Positions 31,641-43,315 of a DNA stretch of 64,000 nt are shown piece by piece (position 1 is the stretch's first letter; every line of letters starts with the position of its first letter). Under the pieces are notes generated by a model. The model saw only the letters and a program-made list of their open reading frames with translations. It was not told the origin of the DNA and searched no databases. Location of the stretch: contig CAVQFQ010000004.1 in the NCBI GenBank assembly GCA_963711835.1, positions 1-64,000 of the forward strand. Reading direction: 5' to 3'. The DNA is from an uncultured delta proteobacterium. Lineage in GTDB: Bacteria; Desulfobacterota; RBG-13-43-22. A program made the position numbers and the translations under genes.

Positions 31641-32180
31641 CTATTCCAAGGATTTCAGGATCTCCGGGGTTATCTGAATAAAGCGGTAAATATTTTTTCC
31701 TTTGTGGTCTTTTAAAAATTCCCGGGCCTCGGCTTCCTTCTCAAAGGGGATCAGCTCTTTTCCCATGGGCCCGTAGATATCACTGCCGATGACATAAAAG
31801 GCCTTGGCGGCCTCGATAAGCCGCACGGCATAGTAATCGGTGACCCAAAGAAAGGCCATGTCCCCCCGTGATCGGGCCGGATGGTAACGGTTCAGGTCAT
31901 GATAGTACTTAAAAAAATCCTTGGCCCCGTCAAAATAAACCCGGAACCCATCCTTAAAGCGGATTTGGGCCATCCAATCCGGGTACTTGGCTACGAACAT
32001 CCCGCAGACCGGGCATTTGTCTTTGGCCGAGGGCTTGCCCGGATGATCTTCAGCCCCCGAGACCGGTGCAGCCAGGGCCAGGATCAAGACAAGCCAAAGG
32101 GACCTTCTAAGCAGACTGGTTTTCCTGACGGGGGGGATGGACATCCCCCCCGTCTTCATTACTGGATGGGTGGAACTCAT
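31641..32180 (-). CDS. NosL-family metal-binding protein
   Basis: CPVCGM, FDGAKD, V.GSD..GPMG.EL. Confidence 0.85.
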   Translation of the reverse strand: MSSTHPVMKTGGMSIPPVRKTSLLRRSLWLVLILALAAPVSGAEDHPGKPSAKDKCPVCGMFVAKYPDWMAQIRFKDGFRVYFDGAKDFFKYYHDLNRYHPARSRGDMAFLWVTDYYAVRLIEAAKAFYVIGSDIYGPMGKELIPFEKEAEAREFLKDHKGKNIYRFIQITPEILKSLE

Positions 32181-32689
32181 TTTTTCTCCATCATTTTCTG
32201 CCGCATCATCCGCCGCCTATCGCGGATCATCTTGGTGTCTTCATTTGTGTCTTCATGGGACGCTTTCAGGGCCTGATCAAAATCGGCCAGGAGGCCGCCA
32301 TTTTCCTTGATGAATTTCTCAGCCCCTTCTCTGCCGGTAAAGGCCCACTTGGCCCTTCGGGTCATAACGCCGGGTTTGTTCCCGCCGATTACCCAGACGG
32401 CCTTTTCCGCATCAATCAAGTTTTTTCCCGTAAAATCCCCGACCATGAAGAGCTTCGGGGTCAGGTCGATATTCAGAGCCAGATCAATAGCCGCGCAGTG
32501 GATGCTGCAAGTCCCGACCGTGGTGCCGTTATCATACTCTATCAGCATCCGGCTGTGGGCGAATTTCTCCCGGTCCATTCCGCAGTATTTGCAGGATGGA
32601 TGCTTCTTGATATCGTCATTGGCGAATACCAGGGTTGCGACAAATAGACAAGTTACCAAGGCCATAATAATAGAAATAGATTTTTTCAT
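32177..32689 (-). CDS. NosL-family protein
   Basis: Signal peptide, CKYCGM, CSIHC, GVMT..AKWAF. Confidence 0.82.
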   Translation of the reverse strand: MKKSISIIMALVTCLFVATLVFANDDIKKHPSCKYCGMDREKFAHSRMLIEYDNGTTVGTCSIHCAAIDLALNIDLTPKLFMVGDFTGKNLIDAEKAVWVIGGNKPGVMTRRAKWAFTGREGAEKFIKENGGLLADFDQALKASHEDTNEDTKMIRDRRRMMRQKMMEKK

Positions 32690-32957
32690 GAATCCTCCTT
32701 TTTATATCGAATTTCTAATGGAACCCGTAGCTTTCTCCCCCCTCCACGGTCCGAAGCAGCACCCCCTATTTTATTCTAGTTATTCTAGTGTATAGGTCAA
32801 GTGTATATCTATATCTGCATCTAAGCCAGTTCCTCCGCCCGACCTCGGCTATCCCTTTCCTATCTCCTTTTGTCCTTGACAACCAGGTGGCCTTATTCAA
32901 TACTCCTCTCAAAAAAATACACTTGCCCATTCTAGAAAATAAAACGGAGAGACATAG

Positions 32958-34174
32958 ATGATGAAAAAATGGTTCGTATTCGCATTGATCATCCTTTTTC
33001 AGCCGGGCTGGCTGAAGCAAAACCCGTCAAACCCCAAAAATTCAAAGCCGTCAAAAAGATTGCCCAACCCTCCAAAAAAACGGCTTCTTCCAAGAAGCCG
33101 GTTGTAAAGGAAGACCCTTATAAGGCCGTTATCGTCATGGAGGCCCGGACCGGCAAGGTCCTGGAAACGGAAAACGAACATCTGAAACGGGCCCCGGCCA
33201 GCGTCGTCAAGCTTATGCTGGCGGCCGTGGTTCTGGAAAAACTGTCCAAAGGAGAGCTGAAGCTTTCAGACAAGATCACGGTTTCCAAAGAAGCCTCCCG
33301 GATGGGCGGCAGCCAGGTTTACCTGGAAGCCGGCGAGACCTTCACCCTGGAAGACATGATGAAGGCCGTGCTGATCGCCTCCGGCAATGATGCGGCCTAT
33401 GCCGTGGCCGAACACGTCGCCGGTACGGCCGAGGCCTTTATCAAACTGATGAACGAAAAGGCCAAGGCCCTGAATATGGCGGACAGCGAATTTCATTCCG
33501 TCCACGGCCTGCCCCCCTCCAAAGGGCAGCAGGAGGATTCCAGTTCCTGCAGCGATCTGGCCATCCTGGCCCGGGAGCTTCTCAAGTACCCCAAAACCCT
33601 AGAATGGACCGCAGTCCCCAGCGCCGGTTTTCGGGACAACCAGTTTATCATGAACAACCACAACAAGCTGCTCTTCAAATTTCCCGGGACCGACGGATTG
33701 AAGACCGGTTATTACCGGGAAACCGGATTCAATGTGGCTGCCACCGCCAAACGCAATGATCTGCGCTTTATCGTGGTAGTTCTCGGAAGCCCCTCAGCCA
33801 AGATCAGGGACAACGTGGCCATCGAGAAATTCAAAAAAGCCTTTGCCCAGTACAAGGCCCTGCCGGTGGTTAAGAAGGGGGATTTGATTGACAGGGAGAT
33901 CGTCCTGGCCGACGGCCAGCCCGGGAAGATCAAAGGAGTAGCCGGCGCTGATTTTATCTACCCGATCGCACTTGACAGCAAGGGGACCGCTACCAAGGAA
34001 ATCGTGGCGCCCGGCAAGATTAAAGGGGAAGTGAAGCAGGGCCAGAAGCTGGGAGATCTGGTCATTAAATTCGCAAACCAGGAAGTGGGCAAGGTGGACA
34101 TCGTCTCCCCGGTGAACGTCCCCAAGGCCAATTTTTTTATCCGGCTTCTTCGTAAGGTGGGGATTAACCTTTAG
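32958..34174 (+). CDS. D-alanyl-D-alanine carboxypeptidase (peptidase S11); signal peptide frameshifted at a T-run near 32995
   Basis: SVVK, SGN, KTG motifs; MMKKWFVFALIILF signal lies in another frame. Confidence 0.9.
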
Positions 34175-34190
34175 ATCTAAGGAGGAAAAA

Positions 34191-34947
<757 letters not shown>

Positions 34948-35109
34948 GTCCCAAAGCATAAAATTCATGATTTAGAGGCACATGGGGCTTTTCAATTGGC
35001 GACTACCTCCCCGCCAATTGAAAAAATTCATTCTCTGTGCTCTCTGTGCCTCTGTGGTGAAAAATCTTTTTGGGGTATTGGTGATCTTATCCGAAAGCTG
35101 CGGATCGCT

Positions 35110-36603
35110 TTATGACAGCCGGTTGGCCAAATCGGCCAGACCGGATTCCACCGAATTGTCGGTGCGGATCTCCTCAAAGGGGATGGCGTATTCCCGGCCG
35201 GCCAGGATAGCCGGCATCACCCGGCTCCGGCCTTCCTTGAGCAGCCTGGTCAATTGGCGGGCCATCCTCTGGGATAAGGTTATGTCCCGGTAGTTGGGGG
35301 CCGCACCCCGGATGTCCCTGGAAAAGCCCTCACAAATGGCCCGGCGCCGGGTGCCTAGACCGGCCTTCAGCAATTCTTCACGAAAATATTCAGCGGCATT
35401 GCCGCCAAAACCCTCCTCTTTTCGTTTGTCCCGTTTATAACCCTCGGCCACCACGATAACCGCCGATTCTTTCCGGTTGAGTGCCTCGGCTATCAAGACC
35501 GGATCATAGGAAGATGAAGGCAAAACCGCCAGGTCTGCCCCGGCCCCCAGGCAGGAATTAAGGGCATGATAGCCACCTTCAGCCCCCATCATCTCGATGA
35601 TATAAATCCGGTGGTGGGTCCTGGCATCAGCCATGTAGGAGAGAATTTTTTCCGCCCCTATCTGGACGCCGGTATGCTCCCCGATGCATTCGGTCCCAAA
35701 GATATCGCTGTCAATGGTGACCGGGATAAAAAAAAGCTGCACCGAATTGGGCAAAAGGCCGCTTAGGGCCTTGATTCCGGCCAGGGTCCCGTTGCCGCCC
35801 AGTCCGATCAGGACATTCACCCGGCGTTCTATCAGGTGCTGAGCGGCTCGGTTTTGATTTTCAGGCTTCAGGAATTCCGGGTAACGTTCGGTGCGGAAGC
35901 TGGCCCCCCGGGCCTCGCGCAAGGGCGGTGTATAAATGACCCCCGGCAGATTCTCCAGCTTTCCATAAAGGTCCCGGTCATTGACCAGGGAGCAGAAATC
36001 CCCGGCCTGCCCGACGACCAGGGATTTGAAGCCTTCCCGGGCCATATACACCTGGCGGCCGGCTTCCTCCAGATAATAGGTCAGAAACCCGGTAACACTG
36101 TCATATCCCGGTGCGCAGCCTCCGTCCTGGAGGAGCAGGCAATCCATCTCCCGATAAAGATCGTCCCCAAAACGGACATAAGAGGTGATCTTGCGGGCCA
36201 GTTCCTTGAGGATCTTGACAAAGCTGGCTGGGGCGATCCTTTTTTCATCTTCCAAATCACGGGCCTGAATCGCCAGGAGACGGCAAGCCGGGTCGGCCTT
36301 GACCGTGGCTGTCCGGGGCAAGGTATCAATGACGGCTATCTCACCAAAAAGGTCCCCGGGGTTCAAATGCTTGACCGTGCGGCCGGCGATTTCCAGAAAG
36401 CAGCCTCCTTCCTCAATGATGAACAAAGTTGTCCCGATCTCGCCCGCACTAAAGATGGTTTCCCCGGCCTGGTACTCCCAGCGGCTGAGAAGAGCAGCCA
36501 GGGCCTTGATTTCCGAGTCGGCCAGGGCCTGAAAGGGCCCGACGGAGTTCAGAAAAGAATGCAGTTTACTATCTTCCGGAATTAGTGGGATGGATGTAGC
36601 CAT
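35110..36603 (-). CDS. Cyclic-nucleotide-binding domain fused to a phosphofructokinase-family domain
   Basis: FGEIA..PRTATV; DGGCAPG, GGNGT, TIDSD, IEMMG, VVAEG. Confidence 0.85.
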   Translation of the reverse strand: MATSIPLIPEDSKLHSFLNSVGPFQALADSEIKALAALLSRWEYQAGETIFSAGEIGTTLFIIEEGGCFLEIAGRTVKHLNPGDLFGEIAVIDTLPRTATVKADPACRLLAIQARDLEDEKRIAPASFVKILKELARKITSYVRFGDDLYREMDCLLLQDGGCAPGYDSVTGFLTYYLEEAGRQVYMAREGFKSLVVGQAGDFCSLVNDRDLYGKLENLPGVIYTPPLREARGASFRTERYPEFLKPENQNRAAQHLIERRVNVLIGLGGNGTLAGIKALSGLLPNSVQLFFIPVTIDSDIFGTECIGEHTGVQIGAEKILSYMADARTHHRIYIIEMMGAEGGYHALNSCLGAGADLAVLPSSSYDPVLIAEALNRKESAVIVVAEGYKRDKRKEEGFGGNAAEYFREELLKAGLGTRRRAICEGFSRDIRGAAPNYRDITLSQRMARQLTRLLKEGRSRVMPAILAGREYAIPFEEIRTDNSVESGLADLANRLS

Positions 36604-36864
36604 GGATCAATGTTCTCCTTAGGGGATTAATTTTGGGGAGGAATTGTATATTGAGAATTTTAAACTATTACTTTAGAATATTCAAAAATAATTAAGGCGG
36701 GAACTTTTACCTGGCTTGCGCAAGGTGGCGGTGTCTATTTGACAACGGTCAATGCGGCCAACCCTCACCTGGTCTTGGCCTCGGGACAACGTCTGTACCC
36801 ACTGGGTGACCTCATAAATGCCCCCCCCTTTAAACACGTCACCAGATTATGTTGAAAAAAAAAC

Positions 36865-36893
36865 TTGACATCGCCTTTTCCATCATTTATTAT
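36865..36893 (+). promoter_or_regulatory. sigma70 promoter of csp with ~150-nt 5' UTR
   Basis: TTGACA-17-TATTAT. Confidence 0.7.
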
Positions 36894-37053
36894 AGAATCC
36901 AGTAAATCCGTCATTCACCCTTTCGGGACAGGGTGGCGGTCGGAGTTGGTGATCAAGTCGACAGTTCAAGGCATCGAAGCTTTTCAGGTCGATGCCTTTA
37001 ATTTTTAGGTCGTATCCCAACTTGAGAAATACTTCAAAAGGAGGAATACGGCT

Positions 37054-37257
37054 ATGAGTGAAGGACGCGTAAAGTGGTTCAATGAGAGCAAAGGGTTCGG
37101 CTTTATCGAGGTCGATGGCCAGGATAAGGATGTTTTTATCCACCATTCAGCCATCGCTATGCAGGGTTTTCGGACTCTCGCCGAAGGTCAGCGAGTAAGC
37201 TTTGATATTGAGCAAGGCCAAAAGGGACCCTCAGCAGTCAATGTAAAGACCATCTAA
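37054..37257 (+). CDS. csp: Cold-shock protein
   Basis: [24 protein letters not shown]. Confidence 0.96.
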   Translation: MSEGRVKWFNESKGFGFIEVDGQDKDVFIHHSAIAMQGFRTLAEGQRVSFDIEQGQKGPSAVNVKTI

Positions 37258-37276
37258 CAACCTGTTAATAATCAAC

Positions 37277-37320
37277 AAAAAAGGGGCCGATCCGCTTACT
37301 GGATCGGCCCCTTTTTGTTT
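37277..37320 (+). terminator. Rho-independent, probably bidirectional terminator
   Basis: A6-GGGGCCGATCC / GGATCGGCCCC-T5. Confidence 0.9.
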
Positions 37321-37720
37321 TCATTGGCAGGCGGTTGGGGATTTGAACTCCCGCCCTCCCCTTTCCCATTTTAGCTCAAAACCGTTTTGGGTAAAAGTTC
37401 ACACCTATAGAGAGAGATGCCTTCTTTTTGCTTTGCTGGACCAGAAGGGACCGGTAGGCCAGGGCATCATGTTTTCCTTGACTTTCTCGAATCTTTGCGA
37501 GTATTCTCAATTCGACAGATAACTGGCCGTTATTCTTGGTTTTAACCCGTAGCAAGGAGGCTGATGGTGAAGGTGGTGGATTGACCCCACTTCTCAACAA
37601 GAGAGGTGGGGTTTTTTAATTTTGAGCTGACTTGGGCCGTTTCAATGCTTGTGAAGCCAGCTTGAGAGGAATAGGGCTTGCCAGATAAAAAGTTCATTCA
37701 GTAATTATGTCCCCTCCGAC

Positions 37721-38405
37721 TTAGTTGCTTAACAGCGTCTTCACATCCGATTCAAATGGATATTTTTTATTCTTTTCCTTCGCCATTGTCTGGAGCAGTT
37801 GGTCCTGATTCTCGAAAATAACCGACATTTCCACTGGTTGTTTATGAACCATCGTTATTGATCCCGTGGGGCAGGTAGAGGCACACAATCCGCACCCGAT
37901 GCACCGATCCTTTGATATGACCGAGACATCGGCTTCAATCTGAATGGCGTTTACCTGACACCGCTCGAAGCAAGTTTCACAGGCCGTACAGGTTTCAGTA
38001 TCAACCATAGCCTGGTAGTTTGAGTGGGCAATAGCCGCGGGATTATTGTATTTGTTGATATGGGCCAGTGCCTTGCAACAACATCCACAGCAGTTGCATA
38101 TGAACATCTTACTGCCCTTGTGGTTCGACGAATGATGGACCAGACCACTCTCCTCTGCCTTTAACAAGATCTCTTGGGCTTCTCCTTTTGAAATTTCCCT
38201 TCCCAGTCCATTTTCAATATAGTAGTCCGCAGCGAGATCAAACATCATGCAGGCTTCTAAAAGCTTGTCGCAGCCATGGCCCATCATTCTGGCCTCTTTG
38301 CGGCAAATGCAATCGGCCACCGCAAACCGATGACTTGACTCGATTATTTCGGACACCTTTTCAAAGGGCTGAACTTCGGTACTGTCCTTTATTTCCCTTT
38401 CTATC
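37721..38405 (-). pseudogene. 5'-truncated 4Fe-4S ferredoxin-domain protein
   Basis: CICR, ICNCCGCCC, two CxxCxxCxxxC(P/Q) clusters; usual N-terminal half is missing. Confidence 0.75.
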
Positions 38406-38489
38406 AGACCTTATGATTGAAAAAGAGAGGCAAGTCTCGAGTTTTCGGATATTGTTTTTGTAGAAAGCAAAAATCAAACCGATAAGACA

Positions 38490-38680
38490 TTCCTTTTTGA
38501 TAGGAAGAGTATAAAACAAGGAAAAGACAGGATCAAGGAAATAAATTGGGCCAAAGGAAAGGGGTCAGAGGGGGTCTACTGGAAAAAAAGGGATCTTGCC
38601 GGGTTGGATTTTACAAATAGAAAGAAATAAGGGGAAAAGGAGAGGCAGATTACCAAAATTTAGACATACTGCTCCCTCTG
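38490..38680 (-). repeat. Repeat family B copy with promoter
   Basis: 34-mer at 38503-38536 identical to 40294-40327. Confidence 0.7.
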
Positions 38681-38791
38681 CCTCCCGAATTTTCCTTAAA
38701 CGGAGGAGTGATCTGAGGAAGTCCCGAAATCTTGGTCAATAAAGGGGACAACTGTCCCCTTTATTTCAAAAGAAATTAACCGGCTTTTGAT

Positions 38792-39355
38792 CTATAATTC
38801 CAACCTATTATTCCTGATGAGGGATCGAAAGTTCTCGTCAAAATCTTCACGCAACCACCAGCGCGTTCGCCCCATTTTTTCCTTCACATGACTGGATATT
38901 TCATTTTCGAACATCTCTTTGCAATCCTTAGCGTCAGCATATTGTTTATCCCCGAAGTTGTACAACCTCACAACAGCCCCGAAAGCCACTAGTCCGGCAA
39001 TAACGAGCCAAACCATTGCCTGTGAATAGCGCCACAATAATAGAAGACAAATGAAAATAGCAAAAAAAACAAAAACCATCTTCATTTCGCCTTTTTTTCT
39101 CACTTTAACGCAGCTTTTGCAGAACCAAGTGCTAGATGAAACAAAGTTGCTATATGTTATAATTGTTTTATTGCGGTCACCAATTCTCCTATTTATCTCG
39201 TTTCCGCCGACCAAATATATTCTTATTCCTTCTTCCGAAGATGAACCACAGCAATCACACATCGCTGATGTTTTTGTTAATTTTTCTTCCTGAGCTTCTT
39301 CAGGGCTTTCTTTCCATGTCTTTGCCTTAAATCTGTCTAAAAATTTACCTACCAT
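38792..39355 (-). CDS. Hypothetical membrane protein with two CxxC pairs and two TM helices
   Basis: CDCC and CKSC, hydrophobic hairpin; AT-rich. Confidence 0.6.
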   Translation of the reverse strand: MVGKFLDRFKAKTWKESPEEAQEEKLTKTSAMCDCCGSSSEEGIRIYLVGGNEINRRIGDRNKTIITYSNFVSSSTWFCKSCVKVRKKGEMKMVFVFFAIFICLLLLWRYSQAMVWLVIAGLVAFGAVVRLYNFGDKQYADAKDCKEMFENEISSHVKEKMGRTRWWLREDFDENFRSLIRNNRLEL

Positions 39356-39407
39356 TTCATTGTTTCCCCTTTCGTTTCAAGGCTTGGTTCGACCCCGGAC
39401 AGACATT

Positions 39408-40070
39408 TTATCCTGAAATATTTTTCAAATCTTCTAATTTTCCTGTTTTTTTATAAGTATCTAAATACCTCTTGGAGGATCCCGTTGCATAATCCATTAC
39501 GGTTTTCCCGATTTCATCTTTCATTTTAAAGTCTGCGCCTTTTGCTAATAACAGCCAAATAGTTTTTGGTTTATCTTTATTCGCTGCGTACATTAATGGG
39601 GTTAAACCACCTTCTCCCTTTTGATTAAGGTTTGACCCTTTTGATATCAAGATTTCAATGATTTCAGACTGCGCAAAGCCTGATCCTACCAATAATGCTG
39701 AACTTCCTATATTGTTTGTTAAATTCACATCTGCTCCTTTGGAAATCAGCAATTTTATTATTTGTATCTTTTCATCCACTTTAAGATATTTGATTCCCTC
39801 TGACGTAAATTTAACTTGGTAAGGACTCCTTACAACCTTCATTAAAGAAGTATTCCCAAATTTATCTTTTATGTTAGGATCCATCCCTGCTCTTAAAAAC
39901 AATTTTACTACTTCTATATCTCCGGAATAAGCTTTCTCTAAAAAAGCTTCCGTGTTATAAGGAATACCCTTTTCTTTAATTAATTGCTTGGCATTTTCTG
40001 GATTTTGCCCACAAGAAACCGCAAAAAATACAAATGACAATAAAATAAATAGTTTTATTCCTCTCATCAT
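39408..40070 (-). CDS. Ankyrin-repeat lipoprotein
   Basis: Lipobox AVSC; G.T.LM, GADVN repeats. Confidence 0.85.
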   Translation of the reverse strand: MMRGIKLFILLSFVFFAVSCGQNPENAKQLIKEKGIPYNTEAFLEKAYSGDIEVVKLFLRAGMDPNIKDKFGNTSLMKVVRSPYQVKFTSEGIKYLKVDEKIQIIKLLISKGADVNLTNNIGSSALLVGSGFAQSEIIEILISKGSNLNQKGEGGLTPLMYAANKDKPKTIWLLLAKGADFKMKDEIGKTVMDYATGSSKRYLDTYKKTGKLEDLKNISG

Positions 40071-40280
40071 TTAACTCTTTCCTTTCTTAATGAATGCTGA
40101 TGGGCTAACGAACACGTAACCATAAACTTTCACCAGACGCAGAGACAACTTTTGGATTAGTCAAAAAGGACGCTGCTGGGGCAAAAACAAATTATCAAAA
40201 TGAGAGCATAAGACAAAGAAAAAAATGGCCAAGCAAGCTCGATTAGGCGCTTTTGGAAATAAAGATTTGTTTGATAAGCA

Positions 40281-40464
40281 TTTCCTTTTCATGGGAAGAG
40301 TATAAAACAAGGAAAAGACAGGATCAAAAAGGAAAATAAGGCCAAAGGCAAGGGGGGAAAAGGGTCTCCTGGAGAAAATGGGACTATGCAACCCTTTTAT
40401 CGACGATTACGGTTTGAACTCTTCTGTTTTTTTCAAAATGGAAATTTGACGAGTACAGGAAGAA
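40281..40464 (-). repeat. Repeat family B copy next to a partial family A copy
   Basis: TTGATC-17-TATACT, then TTGAACTCTT...GAGTACAGGAAG. Confidence 0.65.
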
Positions 40465-40636
40465 ATCAAGACTAGCCGAAGGAATTGTTTGAAAACCAAT
40501 CTTTTTCTGTTCCATTCAAGCGAGGGATATCATTTAATCACATCTAAAGTGGATTGATCCGACAAGCCAGGCGACGCGGGGCGATTCTTCCAGAGGCGAT
40601 GCAATAAGAGGACGGTTTCCAAGACCGGGGAATCCC

Positions 40637-41623
40637 TTAAGCCGTAATTATATTTTTCTCTCTGACCTTTCCTATGGATTCCTCGAGTAGGGAGCGGGCT
40701 TCCTCCACGGTCACGGCTTGAAATCTTATGGTCTCCCTCAATGGCAACTGGGCCATACGATCCATATCGGCGGCAATCAGACAGGCGATTTTCACATACC
40801 CTCCCATGGTTACACCATCCACCCCCAAACAAATGGGCTCTTTTCCGGCGGGGATCTGGATGGCGCCAATAGCATTACCGTCATCGACTATATTGGAGGG
40901 ATCCAGCCCGGCATCCCGGGATTCAGCCCTTGCCTTGAAATAGAGCTGAGGGCCTTCAAAGCGGTAGCCTACCCGGTTGGCTCGGATGGAGACCCGGTAA
41001 TCGGAATGCAAAAAGGTCTCGATGCTTTCATCGGTGACATGATCATCCTGGGGACCGAGGACAACCCGCAGGATTCTCTCCGATCCCTTTTCCGGCAGGA
41101 TTTCTTTTTTTGCTTTTCTCCCCTTGAGCGTATCCAGCGGAACCCTTGGTGGACCTGTTTCCAGGGAATCCCCTTTCTTCAAGGCACGACCGCGAATCCC
41201 CCCCAGGCCGCCCAGGGTATAGGTGGATTTAGAGCCCAGTACCTGGGGGACGTCGATCCCGCCGGCGACACAAAGATACGATCTCCACCCCCAGATGGCC
41301 CTTCCGATCGAGAGGAGGTCACCCGGCCTTACATAAATGGTCTCCCCAAAGGGCAGGGAACCTCCGTTTAACCTGGCGTCAAAGAAACCTCCGGTGAGGG
41401 CGATAACAGTTTCCTGATGAATTCTGACCGTTATACCTATGCCGGTCATCTCTATACCCGCTTCCCCCAGGGGGTTTTTAAGCAACAGGTTTCCCAGGCG
41501 CAAGGCAAAGCGGTCCATGGCACCGGAGGGAGGGATGCCGCTGGCAAAATAGCCTCGTCTGCCTAAGTCCTGGATGGTTGTGAATATTCCAGGTTGGATC
41601 ACTTCAAAGGTCACTGGGCTCAC
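40637..41623 (-). CDS. pxpC: 5-oxoprolinase subunit C (KipA-like)
   Basis: TTIQDLGR, SGAMD, VLGSKST, NRVGYR, GGY.KI. Confidence 0.88.
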   Translation of the reverse strand: MSPVTFEVIQPGIFTTIQDLGRRGYFASGIPPSGAMDRFALRLGNLLLKNPLGEAGIEMTGIGITVRIHQETVIALTGGFFDARLNGGSLPFGETIYVRPGDLLSIGRAIWGWRSYLCVAGGIDVPQVLGSKSTYTLGGLGGIRGRALKKGDSLETGPPRVPLDTLKGRKAKKEILPEKGSERILRVVLGPQDDHVTDESIETFLHSDYRVSIRANRVGYRFEGPQLYFKARAESRDAGLDPSNIVDDGNAIGAIQIPAGKEPICLGVDGVTMGGYVKIACLIAADMDRMAQLPLRETIRFQAVTVEEARSLLEESIGKVREKNIITA

Positions 41624-41632
41624 CGGGTCCTC

Positions 41633-42397
41633 CTATAATGAAAAACGTTCTTCAATCACTTTATACTCGTAACTGCCTTCCCAGACCATCTGCCGGATAT
41701 AATCGCATTCTTCCAGGTCGACGGGTACAAATTTGATGCGATCTCCGATCCTAAGCAAGACCGGGGATTGTTCAAAAATGGATAGGCTCTGATAACGATC
41801 ATAAATAGGGACCGGTGTGATCCCCATCATTTGGTATCCCCCCGGGCTGACCACCGGATAAATGGCCGTAATGCTGCCGCCCAGCGCCACGGTCCCTTTG
41901 GGCGTATAAATCCGGGGGGAGGTATATTTGGGAACCGAAAGCAGCAAGGGGGGATTGAGCTGCATGAGTTGGGGAGAGCCGGGCGTAAAACCGACCATCC
42001 CCACCCAATGGATGGTTTCCGAATGGATACTGATGACTTCCTCCGGAGAGATGTTGTTGCTTTTAGCGACAAACTCCAAATCCGGGCCCCATCTCCCGGC
42101 ATATTTCACCGGCAGTTCAATGAGCCGGGAGGGAACCTCGGTCACCTCGGGGATTTCATTTAAAATCGTTTTCAACTCAGCGATAAGATCAGGGGTGCTG
42201 ATTACCAGGTTGTCGTAGGACAGCAGAAGGGATCGCCAGCCGGGAAACGTTTCAATAAATCCCTTGATCCGGGCCTCCTTGATTACCATATCCAGGCCAA
42301 TGACCCTGAAATTGGCCCGAAGGGTCATTTCATCACCGAGTTCAATAGTCAGATACTGGTCACCGGAATAGAGATAGCGCGGGGATTCATAAATCAT
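41633..42397 (-). CDS. pxpB: 5-oxoprolinase subunit B (KipI-like)
   Basis: GPDL, GFTPG, YP..SPGGYQ. Confidence 0.85.
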   Translation of the reverse strand: MIYESPRYLYSGDQYLTIELGDEMTLRANFRVIGLDMVIKEARIKGFIETFPGWRSLLLSYDNLVISTPDLIAELKTILNEIPEVTEVPSRLIELPVKYAGRWGPDLEFVAKSNNISPEEVISIHSETIHWVGMVGFTPGSPQLMQLNPPLLLSVPKYTSPRIYTPKGTVALGGSITAIYPVVSPGGYQMMGITPVPIYDRYQSLSIFEQSPVLLRIGDRIKFVPVDLEECDYIRQMVWEGSYEYKVIEERFSL

Positions 42398-42541
42398 AAG
42401 GGTTTTCCTTTTTGAGACTGTTGATCACCGCCCACTCATCACGCCATGGCGTGACGCATTCAAGGCGCAAAGATCGCTAAGAGCAGAATTCTTTGCCTCC
42501 TTTGTGTCTTTGCGGTGAAAGAAAGCATTTATGTTTTTTCA

Positions 42542-43315
42542 TTAATGAGTCCAGGAATGGCGGCGCAGGGGGAGAATCTTTATCCCTTTGCCTTCCAGAT
42601 CCTTTTTGACGGCTTGAACGATTTCCGGACCTTTTGGGTTGTCACCGTGGAAACAGATACTGGTTCCCTGGGTCTCGATCTCTTTACCATCCGAGGCTAA
42701 GACCTTTCCCTCCAGGACGATCTTTGAGACTTTGGCCACTGTGGAGGGAATGTCAACTTCCCCATGGACCTTCTTTATAAAAGTGGTGCCGTCCGGGGCA
42801 TAGTCCAGGTCGGCATATATTTCTCCGGCTACCCGGATTCCCATGGCCTTGGCCATTTCATAGGGAATGGTATTATAGAGGGCCAGAAAGATGGGTTCCG
42901 GTTTGATGGTGCGAAGGGCCTCCAGGATGGCGCGGGCCAGCGCTTCGTCCTTCCAGGCCATATTATAGAATTGTCCGTGGGGTTTTACATGCTGGAGCTC
43001 AAGGCCGCTGGCTTCGCAAAAGGCCTTAAGGGCCCCAACCTGATACAGAATATAATCTTTGGCCTCCTCAGGGGTCACTTCGAGCTTTCTCCTCCCAAAT
43101 CCGATCAGGTCAGGATACCCGGGATGAGCCCCTACCGCCACACCGTACTTCTTGGCCAGGGCCACTGTCTTTCTCATGACGTGAGGATCCCCGGCATGAA
43201 GGCCGCCGGCAACACTGATGGAGGTCACCTGTTTCATCATTTCCTCATCGTTGCCGATCTTGAAAATCCCAAAACTTTCGCCCATATCGCAATTCAGATC
43301 GATCTCAACAGCCAT
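42542..43315 (-). CDS. pxpA: 5-oxoprolinase subunit A (LamB/YcsF)
   Basis: IDLNCDMGES, HAGDP, GAHPGYPD..GFGRR, HVKPHG, ICFHGD. Confidence 0.92.
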   Translation of the reverse strand: MAVEIDLNCDMGESFGIFKIGNDEEMMKQVTSISVAGGLHAGDPHVMRKTVALAKKYGVAVGAHPGYPDLIGFGRRKLEVTPEEAKDYILYQVGALKAFCEASGLELQHVKPHGQFYNMAWKDEALARAILEALRTIKPEPIFLALYNTIPYEMAKAMGIRVAGEIYADLDYAPDGTTFIKKVHGEVDIPSTVAKVSKIVLEGKVLASDGKEIETQGTSICFHGDNPKGPEIVQAVKKDLEGKGIKILPLRRHSWTH

